In this document: one piece after another, positions 1 to 9,888 of the stretch | How positions within the stretch are numbered: the stretch's first letter is position 1 | Layout: each line of letters opens with the position of its first letter | Notes under the pieces: model-generated | Seen by the model: only the letters and a program-made list of their open reading frames with translations | Told to the model about the DNA's origin: nothing | Database searches by the model: none | Program-made: the position numbers and the translations under genes | Assembly (NCBI GenBank): GCA_012974425.1 | Contig: JAAXQE010000095.1 | Coordinates: 519 to 64,518, forward strand | DNA length: 64,000 bases | From: Geopsychrobacter sp. | GTDB lineage: Bacteria > Desulfobacterota > Desulfuromonadia > Desulfuromonadales > Geopsychrobacteraceae | Reading direction: 5' to 3'

Positions 1-2
1 AC

Positions 3-1631
3 CTGTTTATCCATGACGACAAGGTTGAAATTCGTGATGCTGCACATTTGAAAGGGAAGGGCGCGGTTGAAACTGCGGAACTTCTTAAGCAGGAATTGAA
101 CGATTCGAAAGTGCAGGTTGCGGCGATCGGTATGGCCGGAGAAAATCGGGTCTTTTATGCGTCTATTGAGCAGGGCAGATCCAGTGCCAGTCGTGGCGGC
201 ATCGGCGCAGTTATGGGCGACAAAGGTGTCAAGGCGATCGTAGTGCGCGGCACCAAGGATATCAACGTTGCCGAGCCAGCTGAATATATCGGGCTATGTG
301 GTGAGGTGCTCGATTATATCAAGCACCGCGAAAGCAATCCGATCCCCGGCGTCATGCCGATCCTGGCCGGGCTGGGCTCACCGCAAGAGATGAAGGTCCA
401 CGATGAAAAGTGGCATACCGAGAATTTCATGTGGGGTAATTCACGTGAACGGCGCAAAGATTTCTGGAACGACGAGATCGCAAAAGAGTGGACAGAGACC
501 CTGGAAAAAGCCCGCACGCGATTGGTCAGTTGTTTTAACTGTCCGATGGAATGCGGGGCAACCATCTCCATGCCGGGTCTGCCAACCTACATGATGAAAT
601 GCTTCACCAAGCTGACCTATACCATGGGCGCCTTTTCAGACCTGGATTTCGGTTTAAGGATTGCCCAGAAAGCCACCGAGTACGGCGTCGACGGATTTTC
701 CTGCCCGCAGGTCATGGCCTTTGCCCTTGAGTTGCTAGAGAACGGCATCCTGAAGGATGAAGATTTTCCCGGCATGCCGGAAGATAGCGAGGGCCGGTTT
801 TTCTACCTGCTCGACATGATTGTCCGCCGCGAAGGCGTCGGTGATCTGCTGGCCAATGGCACCTATTGGGCCGCCAAGGCGATCGGCAACGGCGCAGAGG
901 CCTATGCGCATAACAATATCAAGAAGACCGAGCAGTTGCCGCTGAAGCTCTCGATGTTGAATCCGGTATATTTTTTGATGTATGCGACCGGCGAAAAGAT
1001 GAATATTACCCAGATCGAGGGTCAGTTTCCGCAGGCACCCTTTGCGACCAAAGAGGAGCGAGAAGCCTTTGTCTCAGACTGGATCCAGGTACCGCATGAA
1101 AAGTTCAAGCAAATTCTGCTCGACTGGGAATTCCGTGGTGAGAACTCAAACCCCTATTACCCTACGGTCGAAATGTCCTGCGACATCGTCGATTGGCAGG
1201 AGACCATGCACTATATCGATGACGCTCTCGGTCAGTGTGCAGGTTTGTCATCCTTCCCCCTAAAACCTCCTTACCATATCCACAACTATCCGAAATTTAT
1301 CTCGGCCGGAGCTGGAATCGAGATGGATCAAGCCAAACTTACTCAGGCGGCCAAGCGTTACCGGACTTTAGTCAGGGCGGTCAATATCAGCAGAGGGATG
1401 CGCCGCAAAGATGAGAAGCCGCCTGCGAACCACTGGAAGAAAAGATTCCCCGAGCTTGAGGAAGAGCTGCTGGATGCCTATTACAAGCTCAAGGGATGGA
1501 ACAACGATGGTATTCCGACCACAGAATCCTTGCATGAATTGGGTTTGGATTACGTGAGCGATGCCTTCATCGAGCGGGGGATCTTGACCGACGTTGAAGA
1601 TGCTTCGGTTGAAAATAAAGTGGAGGCCTGA
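3..1631 (+). CDS. bamB: Class II benzoyl-CoA reductase, tungsten-pterin catalytic subunit (AOR family); 5'-truncated by window edge
   Basis: Frame is open from nt 3 (LFIHDDKVEIRDAAHLKGKG...). Contains BamB-type segments GSPQEMKVHDEKWHTENF, SCFNCPMEC and MMKCFTKL (W-ligating Cys), recognised from memory of Geobacter BamB. Followed by bamC-I. Confidence 0.95.
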   Translation: MFIHDDKVEIRDAAHLKGKGAVETAELLKQELNDSKVQVAAIGMAGENRVFYASIEQGRSSASRGGIGAVMGDKGVKAIVVRGTKDINVAEPAEYIGLCGEVLDYIKHRESNPIPGVMPILAGLGSPQEMKVHDEKWHTENFMWGNSRERRKDFWNDEIAKEWTETLEKARTRLVSCFNCPMECGATISMPGLPTYMMKCFTKLTYTMGAFSDLDFGLRIAQKATEYGVDGFSCPQVMAFALELLENGILKDEDFPGMPEDSEGRFFYLLDMIVRREGVGDLLANGTYWAAKAIGNGAEAYAHNNIKKTEQLPLKLSMLNPVYFLMYATGEKMNITQIEGQFPQAPFATKEEREAFVSDWIQVPHEKFKQILLDWEFRGENSNPYYPTVEMSCDIVDWQETMHYIDDALGQCAGLSSFPLKPPYHIHNYPKFISAGAGIEMDQAKLTQAAKRYRTLVRAVNISRGMRRKDEKPPANHWKKRFPELEEELLDAYYKLKGWNNDGIPTTESLHELGLDYVSDAFIERGILTDVEDASVENKVEA

Positions 1632-1634
1632 ACC

Positions 1635-2177
1635 GTGACGACGAATAAAAAAACCAAAACGATCAAGTCGATAAAAATTGATATCGATAAATGTAATGGT
1701 TGCCGGGCTTGTGAGGTTATCTGCTCCGCCTTCCATGCCATGCCGAAATATAGCAGCAATAATCCGGCGAGATCACGGATCCGGGTGACGCGTGAACCGA
1801 TCAGAGACGTCTATGTACCGGTCTACGCAGGCGATTACGTGGTCGCCGAATGCGCGGGACGAGACAAGTACTTGATCGACGGTAAGGAATATGATGAGTG
1901 CACCTTTTGCCGTGCCTCCTGCCCTTCTCGTGATCTGTTCAAAGAGCCAGATTCCGGCCTGCCGCTGAAATGCGATATGTGTGAAGGCGAAGATGAGCCT
2001 TTGTGTGTAAAGTGGTGCATGGTTGACGCCTTGACTTACGAAGAGCGGGAAGAGGAAATCATCGAGGAAGAAGTGACGCCAGGCGAGGTCGAAACCGGCC
2101 TGGAGGCTTTGGTCAATAAACATGGCATAGATAAAGTCGCTGATATAGTCGCGCAAATTTCAAAAGCAAAGAAGTGA
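1635..2177 (+). CDS. bamC: Class II benzoyl-CoA reductase Fe-S subunit
   Basis: Ferredoxin-type Cys motifs CNGCRACEVIC, CTFCRASC and CDMC...C; starts 3 nt after the bamB stop. Confidence 0.92.
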   Translation: MTTNKKTKTIKSIKIDIDKCNGCRACEVICSAFHAMPKYSSNNPARSRIRVTREPIRDVYVPVYAGDYVVAECAGRDKYLIDGKEYDECTFCRASCPSRDLFKEPDSGLPLKCDMCEGEDEPLCVKWCMVDALTYEEREEEIIEEEVTPGEVETGLEALVNKHGIDKVADIVAQISKAKK

Positions 2178-2193
2178 ATCGTTAGACTTCAAT

Positions 2194-2215
2194 CCCTCTC
2201 TCTCAGGGAGAGGGG
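2194..2215. repeat. Intercistronic palindromic stem-loop (CCCTCTC/GAGAGGG type) between bamC and bamD
   Basis: CCCTCTCTC-TCA-GGGAGAGGG, about 9 bp including one G-U pair. Confidence 0.6.
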
Positions 2216-2266
2216 ACGATTTGAGCAGTAGTACCAGCAAGATAATCTGAAAGAATAGGTGGTCTC

Positions 2267-3415
2267 GTGGAAACTGTAGCCCCCGAAAAAGAAATTATTG
2301 AGGTCATAAAAGAGAACGGTGGCGATTCGTTCAAGTACTGCTACCAGTGCGGCAAATGCGATGTGGTCTGCCCCTGGAACCGGGTGCGCGATTTCAGCAT
2401 GCGTAAACTGATCCGTCAGGCGACCTTCGGTTTGACCGAGATCGATCAGGAAGAGATGTGGCGCTGCACCACCTGCAAGACCTGCGTCGACAGTTGTCCG
2501 CGGGGGGTGGATCAGATTACTGCCGGGGTCGCCCTGCGTAAGCTTGGCGCCGAATATGATGTCTACCCGGGCAACATCGCCCCGATCCAGAATGTCGTGG
2601 CCAGCCTGACCTCAGAGGGTAATTCTCTGGGTGGGGATCGTGACAAGCGGGCAGAATGGGCCAAGGGCTTAGCGGTGAAGAACTATTCCGAGGAGATGGA
2701 AATTCTTTATTTTACAGGATGTTACCTAAGCTACGACCCCAGAATGAGAGAGGTCGCTGCTGCTACCGCGAACATCCTGAATAAGGCCGGGGTCGACTTT
2801 GGAATTCTCGGTTCAAGGGAGAGCTGCTGCGGGGAGAGTATCCGCAAGACCGGCAACGAAGATCTGTTCAAGCGCCTCGCCAAGGAGAATATCAAAGCCT
2901 TTATCGATAACGGCGTGAAGAAAGTTCTGGTCTCATCTCCACATTGTTATCACAGCTTCAAAAACGAATATCCCGAGTTCATGGTCAACTTCGAAGTGGT
3001 CTTCATCTCTGAGTATATCAACGAGCTGGTGAACGAAGGCCGACTTGAGTTCAAAAACGAGTACGCCAGAAAAGTGACCTATCACGATCCTTGCTATTTG
3101 GGCCGTCATAACGACATTTATGATGAACCACGCGAGCTGCTACAGAACGTTCCTGGTCTTCAGTTGAGCGAGATGGTTGATTCTCGGGAGAAGAGTCTCT
3201 GCTGTGGCGGGGGTGGTGGCAGGATCTGGGTGGAGACGCCCAAGGAAGACCGCTTCTCCGATCTGCGCGTGCAGCAGGCGGTTGATGTCGGCGCCGAGGT
3301 TCTGGTGACATCCTGTCCTTATTGCATCACAAATTTCACAGATAGCTGCCTGGGCCTGGATGAGGGTGTCCTGGAGATCAAGGATATCACCGAAATCATT
3401 CAGGCCGTGCTTTAG
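2267..3415 (+). CDS. bamD: HdrD-like subunit (2x[4Fe-4S] plus two CCG domains) of class II BCR
   Basis: CYQCGKCDVVCP, CTTCKTCVDSCP, CCGES, YHDPCYLGR and CCGGGGG motifs; GTG start; position in bam operon. Confidence 0.9.
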   Translation: METVAPEKEIIEVIKENGGDSFKYCYQCGKCDVVCPWNRVRDFSMRKLIRQATFGLTEIDQEEMWRCTTCKTCVDSCPRGVDQITAGVALRKLGAEYDVYPGNIAPIQNVVASLTSEGNSLGGDRDKRAEWAKGLAVKNYSEEMEILYFTGCYLSYDPRMREVAAATANILNKAGVDFGILGSRESCCGESIRKTGNEDLFKRLAKENIKAFIDNGVKKVLVSSPHCYHSFKNEYPEFMVNFEVVFISEYINELVNEGRLEFKNEYARKVTYHDPCYLGRHNDIYDEPRELLQNVPGLQLSEMVDSREKSLCCGGGGGRIWVETPKEDRFSDLRVQQAVDVGAEVLVTSCPYCITNFTDSCLGLDEGVLEIKDITEIIQAVL

Positions 3416-3430
3416 ATAAAGGACAAAGTC

Positions 3431-6400
3431 ATGGAGCACAACCCAGTAGAAATACAAATTATTGATGATTCCGCAGACAGCAAGGGCGATGTGCTGGTTG
3501 TTGGTGGAGGGATCAGCGGTATCCAGGGCGCTCTGGATATGGCCAATTCTGGCTTTCGGGTTTTTCTGGTTGATAATTCACCATCACTCGGTGGCAAGAT
3601 GTCTCAGCTGGACAAAACCTTCCCCTCCAATGACTGCTCGATGTGCATCGAGTCGCCCAAGTTTATCGAGTGCTCGCGCCATCCCAATATTGAGATCATG
3701 ACTTACACCGAAGTCGGGGAGGTCAAGGGTGAGGCGGGTGATTTCAAGGTTAAACTGATCAAGAAACCCCGCTACATCCTCGAGAATAAATGTACCGGCT
3801 GTAACCTCTGTGTCGATTACTGCCCGGTCGAAATTCCTGATCCATTTAATCAGAACCTGTCGCAGAACAAATCTGTCCATATCTACTTCTCTCAGGCCGA
3901 ACCTCTGGTCACCTATGTTGACCCGGAGACCTGTCTCTACCTTAAGGAGGAGAAGTGTCAGATCTGCGTCGGGGTTTGTAAGGCGAACGCCTTCGATTTC
4001 AAACAGAAGCCGGAAGAGATCGAGATCGAGGTCGGAGCTATTCTGCTCTCCCCGGGGTACGATACCTTCGATCCGAAGCTGCGCACCGATTTCGGCTATG
4101 GCGTCATGGAGAATGTCGTCACCAGTCTTGATTACGAGCGAATCCTCTGCTCGACCGGCCCCTACGCGGGTGAGGTGCTGCGGCCTTCGGACATGACACA
4201 TCCGAAAAAGATTGCCTGGATTCAGTGTGTCGGCTCCCGGCAGGTTATCGAAGGGGGCAACAGCTACTGTTCCGCGGTCTGCTGTACCTACACCCAGAAG
4301 CAGGTGATCCTGACCAAAGATCATTACAGCGACGTCGATGCCACCATCTTCCATAACGATATCCGCGCTTACGGCAAGGATTTCGAGCGATTCTATCAGC
4401 GCGCGGCGAAGTTGGACGATGTCCGCTTTATCCGCAGCTATGTGAGCGTCGGTCGGGAGATCGAAGAGAGCAAGAATGTCACCATCCGCTATTCGACCTT
4501 GGATGAGGGGGTTAAGGAAGAAGAGTTCGATATGGTGGTGTTGTCGGTAGGACTGAACCCACCCAAAGATGTTGAAGGCATAGCAACGACCTTCGATATC
4601 GAACTCAATGAGCACGGCTTCTGCAAAACCAATCCGGTCAACCCGATCGAGACCAGTCGTAAAGGGGTTTTTGTGAGCGGTGCCTTCCAGGGTCCTCTTG
4701 ATATCCCCGAAGCGGTGGTCACCGCCAGCGGCGCCGATGCCATGGTCGGCCAGATGCTCGATTATCGGCGTGATAAGTTGAGCCGCGAGCGGCTCTATCC
4801 AGAAGAGCGGGATGTCTCTGAAGAGGAGTTGAAGATCGGGGTGGTGGTCTGCCACTGTGGCGCCAATATTGGTCGGGTCGTTGATATCCCGGCCCTGGTC
4901 GAATACGCCTCAACCTTACCGAATGTGTCATGGGCCGGGGAGAACCTGTTTGCCTGTTCCACCGAAAACGCCAACATGATCTCCCGCCAGATCGTTGAAA
5001 AAGGTCTCAACCGCGTGGTCCTGGCGGCCTGTACACCTAGAACCCATGAACCGTTGTTCCGGGATACCTGCCGGGAGGCGGGGCTCAATCAGTACTTCTT
5101 CGAATTCGCCAATATTCGTGAGCATTGCTCCTGGGTTCACTCGAAAGAGAAGGAGAATGCCACCCAAAAAGCCATGGATATCGTCCGTATGTCGGTCGCT
5201 CGCGCTGCTCACCTACAGCCGTTGCAGGAATTTGACCTGCCGGTTGACAAAAGAGCACTGGTGATCGGCGGCGGTATTGCCGGGATGACCAGCGCCCTGA
5301 GTATGGCCGAGCAGGGTTTTGAAGTCTATCTGCTTGAGAAGGATTCCGACTTGGGCGGCATGGCCAGACGCATTCACTATACCCTTGAAGGGATGGACGT
5401 TCAGGACCATTTGAACACCTTGATCCGCAAGGTCTACCAGCATCCTTCGCTGCGGGTTCTGACCGATTGCACCATCAATGAGGTGACTGGTTATGTCGGT
5501 AATTTTCACACCACCGTCAAGGCCGCAGGGCGGGTTCGGGAAATTGTTCACGGCATCGTCATCGTCGCCACCGGCGGCCAGGAACATCGGCCGACTGAAT
5601 ACCTTTATGGTGAGAATGAGCAGGTTGTCACCCAGCTGGAACTCGAAGCTGAAATTGTCCAGCAGAGCGACAAAATCAAGAGCGCCCAGAACCTGGTGAT
5701 GATCCAGTGTGTCGGCTGTCGGCAGGAAGATAAGAATTACTGCAGCCGCGTCTGTTGCGGCCAGGCGGTCAAAAACGCCCTGAAGCTCAAAGAGATTAAC
5801 CCGGAACTGGAGATCAGCATCCTCTTCCGTGACATGCGCACCTACGGCTTCAAGGAAGATTATTACCGCGAGGCGGCGAACCAGGATATCAAGTTCATCC
5901 GCTTCGAGCCGGAGAACAAGGCGGTGGTCGAAACCGCAGGCAACGCTCTGAAGGTCACGGTCCCTGATCTGGTGCTGGGGCAGAAGATCGAGCTGGAAGC
6001 CGATCTTGTTGTCCTGTCGGCGGCGGTCAATCCGTCTGATTCCGGGCAGGATATGGCGCGCTTTTACAAGTGTTCGATGAATCCGGACGGCTTCTTTCAG
6101 GAAGCCCATGTAAAGTTGCGGCCAGTAGATTTCGGATCGGACGGTGTATTCTTGTGCGGGACCGCTCAGTATCCGAAGCATATTACCGAAACGATCAGTC
6201 AGGCTTACGGCGCAGCCGGCCGTGCCGGCACGATCCTCTCCGGGGATACTGTGACCGCCTCCGGTTCTGTCTGCGATGTTAACATTCACGACTGTGTCTC
6301 TTGCGGGGCTTGTATCACTTGCTGCAAATATGACGCTATCGAGTTTGTTGATACGCCCTACGGCAAAAAAGCCAAGGTCAATGAAATTCTCTGTAAGGGC

Positions 6401-6511
6401 GACGGCCTGTGTAACGCCAAGTGCCCGACCGGGGCGATTTATTTGAAGCACTACACAGATGATGAGATCTTCGCCCAGATAGACGGCGCGATACGTGAAA
6501 CAGTTGAGTAA
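3431..6511 (+). CDS. bamE: HdrA-like bifurcating flavoprotein subunit (two FAD modules, several Fe-S clusters)
   Basis: Two Rossmann motifs (VVGGGISG, VIGGGIAG), two QCVG.R...YCS.VCC motifs and two inserted ferredoxin domains; 1026 aa with no internal TGA. Confidence 0.92.
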   Translation: MEHNPVEIQIIDDSADSKGDVLVVGGGISGIQGALDMANSGFRVFLVDNSPSLGGKMSQLDKTFPSNDCSMCIESPKFIECSRHPNIEIMTYTEVGEVKGEAGDFKVKLIKKPRYILENKCTGCNLCVDYCPVEIPDPFNQNLSQNKSVHIYFSQAEPLVTYVDPETCLYLKEEKCQICVGVCKANAFDFKQKPEEIEIEVGAILLSPGYDTFDPKLRTDFGYGVMENVVTSLDYERILCSTGPYAGEVLRPSDMTHPKKIAWIQCVGSRQVIEGGNSYCSAVCCTYTQKQVILTKDHYSDVDATIFHNDIRAYGKDFERFYQRAAKLDDVRFIRSYVSVGREIEESKNVTIRYSTLDEGVKEEEFDMVVLSVGLNPPKDVEGIATTFDIELNEHGFCKTNPVNPIETSRKGVFVSGAFQGPLDIPEAVVTASGADAMVGQMLDYRRDKLSRERLYPEERDVSEEELKIGVVVCHCGANIGRVVDIPALVEYASTLPNVSWAGENLFACSTENANMISRQIVEKGLNRVVLAACTPRTHEPLFRDTCREAGLNQYFFEFANIREHCSWVHSKEKENATQKAMDIVRMSVARAAHLQPLQEFDLPVDKRALVIGGGIAGMTSALSMAEQGFEVYLLEKDSDLGGMARRIHYTLEGMDVQDHLNTLIRKVYQHPSLRVLTDCTINEVTGYVGNFHTTVKAAGRVREIVHGIVIVATGGQEHRPTEYLYGENEQVVTQLELEAEIVQQSDKIKSAQNLVMIQCVGCRQEDKNYCSRVCCGQAVKNALKLKEINPELEISILFRDMRTYGFKEDYYREAANQDIKFIRFEPENKAVVETAGNALKVTVPDLVLGQKIELEADLVVLSAAVNPSDSGQDMARFYKCSMNPDGFFQEAHVKLRPVDFGSDGVFLCGTAQYPKHITETISQAYGAAGRAGTILSGDTVTASGSVCDVNIHDCVSCGACITCCKYDAIEFVDTPYGKKAKVNEILCKGDGLCNAKCPTGAIYLKHYTDDEIFAQIDGAIRETVE

Positions 6512-6524
6512 AGTTGTTTGCCTG

Positions 6525-6555
6525 TCCCTTCCCCCTAGAGGGAGAGTGGGGAAGA
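6525..6555. repeat. Degenerate palindromic element between bamE and bamF (same CCC(T)TCCC/GGGAGAG family)
   Basis: Pyrimidine run CCCTTCCCCC followed after a short loop by GGGAGAGTGGGGAAG; boundaries approximate. Confidence 0.4.
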
Positions 6556-6614
6556 ATCTGTAAATAATTATGTTGCCGCTATTCGCAACATTTGAATTAT
6601 GAAAGGAGAGAGAG

Positions 6615-7379
6615 ATGTCTGAATTTGAATTTAAGCCCAACGTCATCGGTTTCTTGTGCACTTGGTGAGCATACGGGGCTGCTGACCTGTCTGGAGTTTC
6701 CAGGCAACAATATAGTACAGAAACAAAGGTTATCCGGGTCATGTGTACCGGCCGGGTCGACATCGCGTTTGTCCTGCGAGCTTTCACCAATGGGGCGGAC
6801 GGCGTGTTCGTCGGCGGTTGCTGGCCTGGTGAGTGCCATTATGTGACCCAAGGCAATTACGATACTTTGTTCAATATGCTTTTCACCAAGAAACTCCTTG
6901 AACAGGTCGGGATCAACCCTGACCGACTCAGGCTGGAGTGGATCGCCGCCTCTGAAGGTAATCGCTATGCCGAAGTGATGAACGACTTCGGTAAAAAGCT
7001 CAAAGGCTTCGGGCCTCTGGGTAAAGGCGAAGGGCTGGATAAGCGGACGATGAAGCTCAAGCTCGAAGCCGTTACGAAGTTGATCCCCTACGCCAAGCTG
7101 GTGGAACGGGAGCGGCTGCGAGTGCGATTCAAGACAGAGCAGGAGTATCTTGACTATTTCGCCAGTGACGATTTCAACCGGTTGTTCAAGGAGCTGTTGG
7201 TCGATAAGCTGGCCATCAGCCAGATCATGCTGCTGTTGGGTGAGGAGGCCTCTTCCGCCCGGGGCATTGCCGAAATTCTCGGTTTGGCTGCCTCTGAAGT
7301 TTCGCGGCACCTGAACATGTCTTCGCGACTTGGCCTGGTGCGTTTCGATGAAGATTTGAAACTCTACGCTTTGACCTGA
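6615..7379 (+). CDS. bamF: MvhD-like selenoprotein subunit of class II BCR with C-terminal winged-HTH-like extension; TGA 6666-6668 = Sec
   Basis: RBS AAAGGAGAG, then ATG 6615 gives MSEFEFKPNVIGFLCTW-TGA-AYGAADLSGVSR...RVMCTGRV, in frame with ORF 6741..7379. MvhD motifs CxxU, CTGR and GCWPGECHY. 254 aa with readthrough. Confidence 0.93.
6666..6706 (+). promoter_or_regulatory. Sec UGA codon with downstream SECIS-like hairpin
   Basis: TGTCTGGA(6688-6695)-GTT-TCCAGGCA(6699-6706): 8-bp stem with one G-U pair; the loop begins with G, 28 nt after the UGA. Confidence 0.75.
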
Positions 7380-7393
7380 TCCTGCTCAACTGT

Positions 7394-7432
7394 TAGCTCG
7401 TCTTATCCAGGTTTAGAGGATAAGGCGAGCTA
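7394..7432. other. Strong intercistronic stem-loop between bamF and bamG
   Basis: TAGCTCGTCTTATCC-N9-GGATAAGGCGAGCTA, 15 bp with one G-U pair; no U-tract. Confidence 0.7.
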
Positions 7433-7463
7433 CTACTAAAGCGCATAAAGTAAGGACGACGAT

Positions 7464-7958
7464 ATGGATATCGGCAAAATTGATCAGATTATTGACAAGC
7501 ACGACGGCGAAGCCAGTTCGTTGATCCAGATATTACTCGACATCCAGAGCGAAAATCATTGGCTCCCCAAGGAAGCGTTGACCAGGGTCGGCGAAAAGTT
7601 GGAAGTTCCCATGAGCCGCATTCAGCATATCACCACATTTTACAAGCACTTCAGCCTCAGCCCTAAAGGCAAACATGAGGTTCATGTCTGTGTCGGGACG
7701 GCCTGTCATGTGCGTGGCGCAGAGCGTATTCTCGACACGGTTCAGGAGGTGACGGGGGTGGGCGCAGGCGAGACCGATCCCGACTTGAACTTTAGCGTCG
7801 AGACCGTAAGTTGCCTCGGATGCTGTGCCCTGGGGCCGGTGATAGTCGTTGATGGTGAGATTCATGGCAACGTCGAGCAGGCTGAAACCGCTGCGGTCTT
7901 GACGGAATTGAAGCAAGCCGAGACAGACGAAGTCATGCAGCAATGTGCCTGTGAGTAA
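7464..7958 (+). CDS. bamG: NuoE-like [2Fe-2S] subunit
   Basis: CVGTACHVRG and CLGCCALGP motifs; position in bam operon. Confidence 0.9.
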   Translation: MDIGKIDQIIDKHDGEASSLIQILLDIQSENHWLPKEALTRVGEKLEVPMSRIQHITTFYKHFSLSPKGKHEVHVCVGTACHVRGAERILDTVQEVTGVGAGETDPDLNFSVETVSCLGCCALGPVIVVDGEIHGNVEQAETAAVLTELKQAETDEVMQQCACE

Positions 7959-7972
7959 TTAAAGGGAAGCTT

Positions 7973-9883
7973 ATGTCTAGAATAAAATCACCTGCCGAGT
8001 TGGAAGCTTTTCGTAAGGAGATCCTCGCCCAGAGGGATCCGGATAAGCCCTGCATTACGCTCTGCTCAGGGAGTGCCTGCAATGCTACCGGGAGTGGCAA
8101 GGTTGCCGCTGCCCTTGAGCTGGAGATCGAAAAGCAGGGGGTTACAACTGAAGTTGTCTCCAGGCGGACCGGTTGTCACGGCTTTTGTGAGCAAGGTCCG
8201 ATTGTGGTCATTTACCCACAGGGGATCTGCTACCTCAAGGTGCAACCTGAAGATATCGCCGAGATAATTTCCGAGACGATCAAAAAGCAGAAGATCGTCG
8301 AGCGGCTGCTCTATGTCGACCCGAACAGCGGCGAAAGAGCGACCCTTGAAGAGGATATCCCTTTCTACAAGAATCAGAAGCGGCTGGTGCTGGGCTCAAA
8401 TCGCAAGATAGACCCCAGAAGTCTCGAAGATTATCTCGCCGTCGAAGGATATCAGGCCTTAACCAAGGTCCTTTTTGAGATGACGCCTGAACAGGTTGTC
8501 GGCGAAGTGAAGGACGCAAAGCTGCGCGGCCGCGGTGGTGCAGGCTTTCCCTCCGGATTGAAATGGGATTTTGCGCGCAAGGCCCCAGGTGACCAGAAGT
8601 ATGTCGTTGTCAATTGTGATGAGGGGGATCCGGGCGCCTACATGGATCGCTCAGTCATGGAAGGCAACCCTTTTGCGGTGCTTGAAGGGTTGATGATCGG
8701 CGCCTACGCGATTGGAGCGAATGAAGGTTATATCTATGTTCGTCAAGAGTATCCGCTGGCGGTCGCCAACCTGACGGTGGCAATCGAAAAAGCCGAGGAA
8801 TATGGTCTGCTCGGCAAGGATATCCTCGGTTCCGGGTTTGATTTTACGATCAAGGTTCATCGTGGTGCAGGCGCATTTATTTGTGGTGAAGAGACCTCGC
8901 TGCTCAACTCTCTGGAAGGGAAGGCGGGCGAACCGAATGCAAGACCGCCATTCCCGGCAATCAGAGGCCTTTGGACTAAGCCGACCAATATCAATAACGT
9001 CGAGACCTGGGCCAACATCCCGATGATTATCAATAAGGGCGCCGCTTTCTTCAGCGCGATCGGTACCGAAAGCAGCAAGGGGACCAAGATCTTTTCGCTG
9101 GTTGGCAAGGTCAACAATACCGGACTGGTCGAAGTGCCGATGGGCGCTAGCCTGCGGGATATTATTTTTAAGATCGGTGGTGGAGTCCCCGGTGACAAAA
9201 AGTTCAAAGCGGTCCAGACCGGCGGTCCTTCGGGCGGTTGCCTGCCGGAAGGTCTGCTCGATACCAAGGTCGACTTCGACGAGTTGAGCCAGGCAGGTGC
9301 CATGATGGGCTCAGGCGGGATGATCGTCATGGATGAGGATACCTGCCTGGTCGACATCGCCAGATATTTCCTCGCATTTCTGAGTGATGAGTCCTGCGGT
9401 AAATGCACTCCCTGTCGCGAAGGGATCAGGCAGATGCTGAAGATCCTGACCAACATGACCAAGGGGCTGGCGAAAGAGGGGGATATCGATCTTCTGTTTG
9501 AGTTGGCCGAGGCGACCAAGGGTTCTTCCATGTGTGCCCTGGGGAAAACCGCTCCCAACCCGGTTTTAAGTACCTTGAAGCATTTCCGGGAAGAGTATGA
9601 GGCGCACATCAATGAGAAGAGGTGCCCGTCGCTCTCCTGCAAGGCGTTGATCGACTTTTATATCGACCCGGAGAAGTGCAAGGGCTGCGGGGCCTGTTTC
9701 CGCAAATGTCCGGCAGAAGCGATCGAGGGTGGTAAAAAACGGATTCACGTTATCGTGCAGGATAAATGCACCAAGTGCGGTGGTTGTCATGAGGCTTGCC
9801 CTGCCGCCTTTGATGCCGTGAACATACTTTCTGGTGTGCCTGTCCCTGAAGCTACCCCTGAAGAAGCAAGAGCCATAGGATAA
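7973..9883 (+). CDS. bamH: NuoF-like FMN/NAD-binding subunit
   Basis: GRGGAGFPSG, NCDEGDPGAYMDR, GAFICGEET and SCGKCTPCREG motifs; N-terminal thioredoxin-like Fe-S domain and C-terminal 2x[4Fe-4S]. Confidence 0.92.
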   Translation: MSRIKSPAELEAFRKEILAQRDPDKPCITLCSGSACNATGSGKVAAALELEIEKQGVTTEVVSRRTGCHGFCEQGPIVVIYPQGICYLKVQPEDIAEIISETIKKQKIVERLLYVDPNSGERATLEEDIPFYKNQKRLVLGSNRKIDPRSLEDYLAVEGYQALTKVLFEMTPEQVVGEVKDAKLRGRGGAGFPSGLKWDFARKAPGDQKYVVVNCDEGDPGAYMDRSVMEGNPFAVLEGLMIGAYAIGANEGYIYVRQEYPLAVANLTVAIEKAEEYGLLGKDILGSGFDFTIKVHRGAGAFICGEETSLLNSLEGKAGEPNARPPFPAIRGLWTKPTNINNVETWANIPMIINKGAAFFSAIGTESSKGTKIFSLVGKVNNTGLVEVPMGASLRDIIFKIGGGVPGDKKFKAVQTGGPSGGCLPEGLLDTKVDFDELSQAGAMMGSGGMIVMDEDTCLVDIARYFLAFLSDESCGKCTPCREGIRQMLKILTNMTKGLAKEGDIDLLFELAEATKGSSMCALGKTAPNPVLSTLKHFREEYEAHINEKRCPSLSCKALIDFYIDPEKCKGCGACFRKCPAEAIEGGKKRIHVIVQDKCTKCGGCHEACPAAFDAVNILSGVPVPEATPEEARAIG

Positions 9884-9888
9884 AAAAT

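Noticed and set aside
3584-6790. Long minus-strand ORFs (3584..4855, 5213..6790) and similar ones at 11882..12919, 34286..35380, 51813..53033, 57865..58980 and 59356..60348
   Set aside because: Antisense shadows of well-supported genes in GC-rich coding DNA; no recognisable motifs.
6741-7379. ORF-track start for the MvhD-like gene
   Set aside because: It starts inside the conserved MCTGR motif; the true start is 6615 with Sec readthrough.
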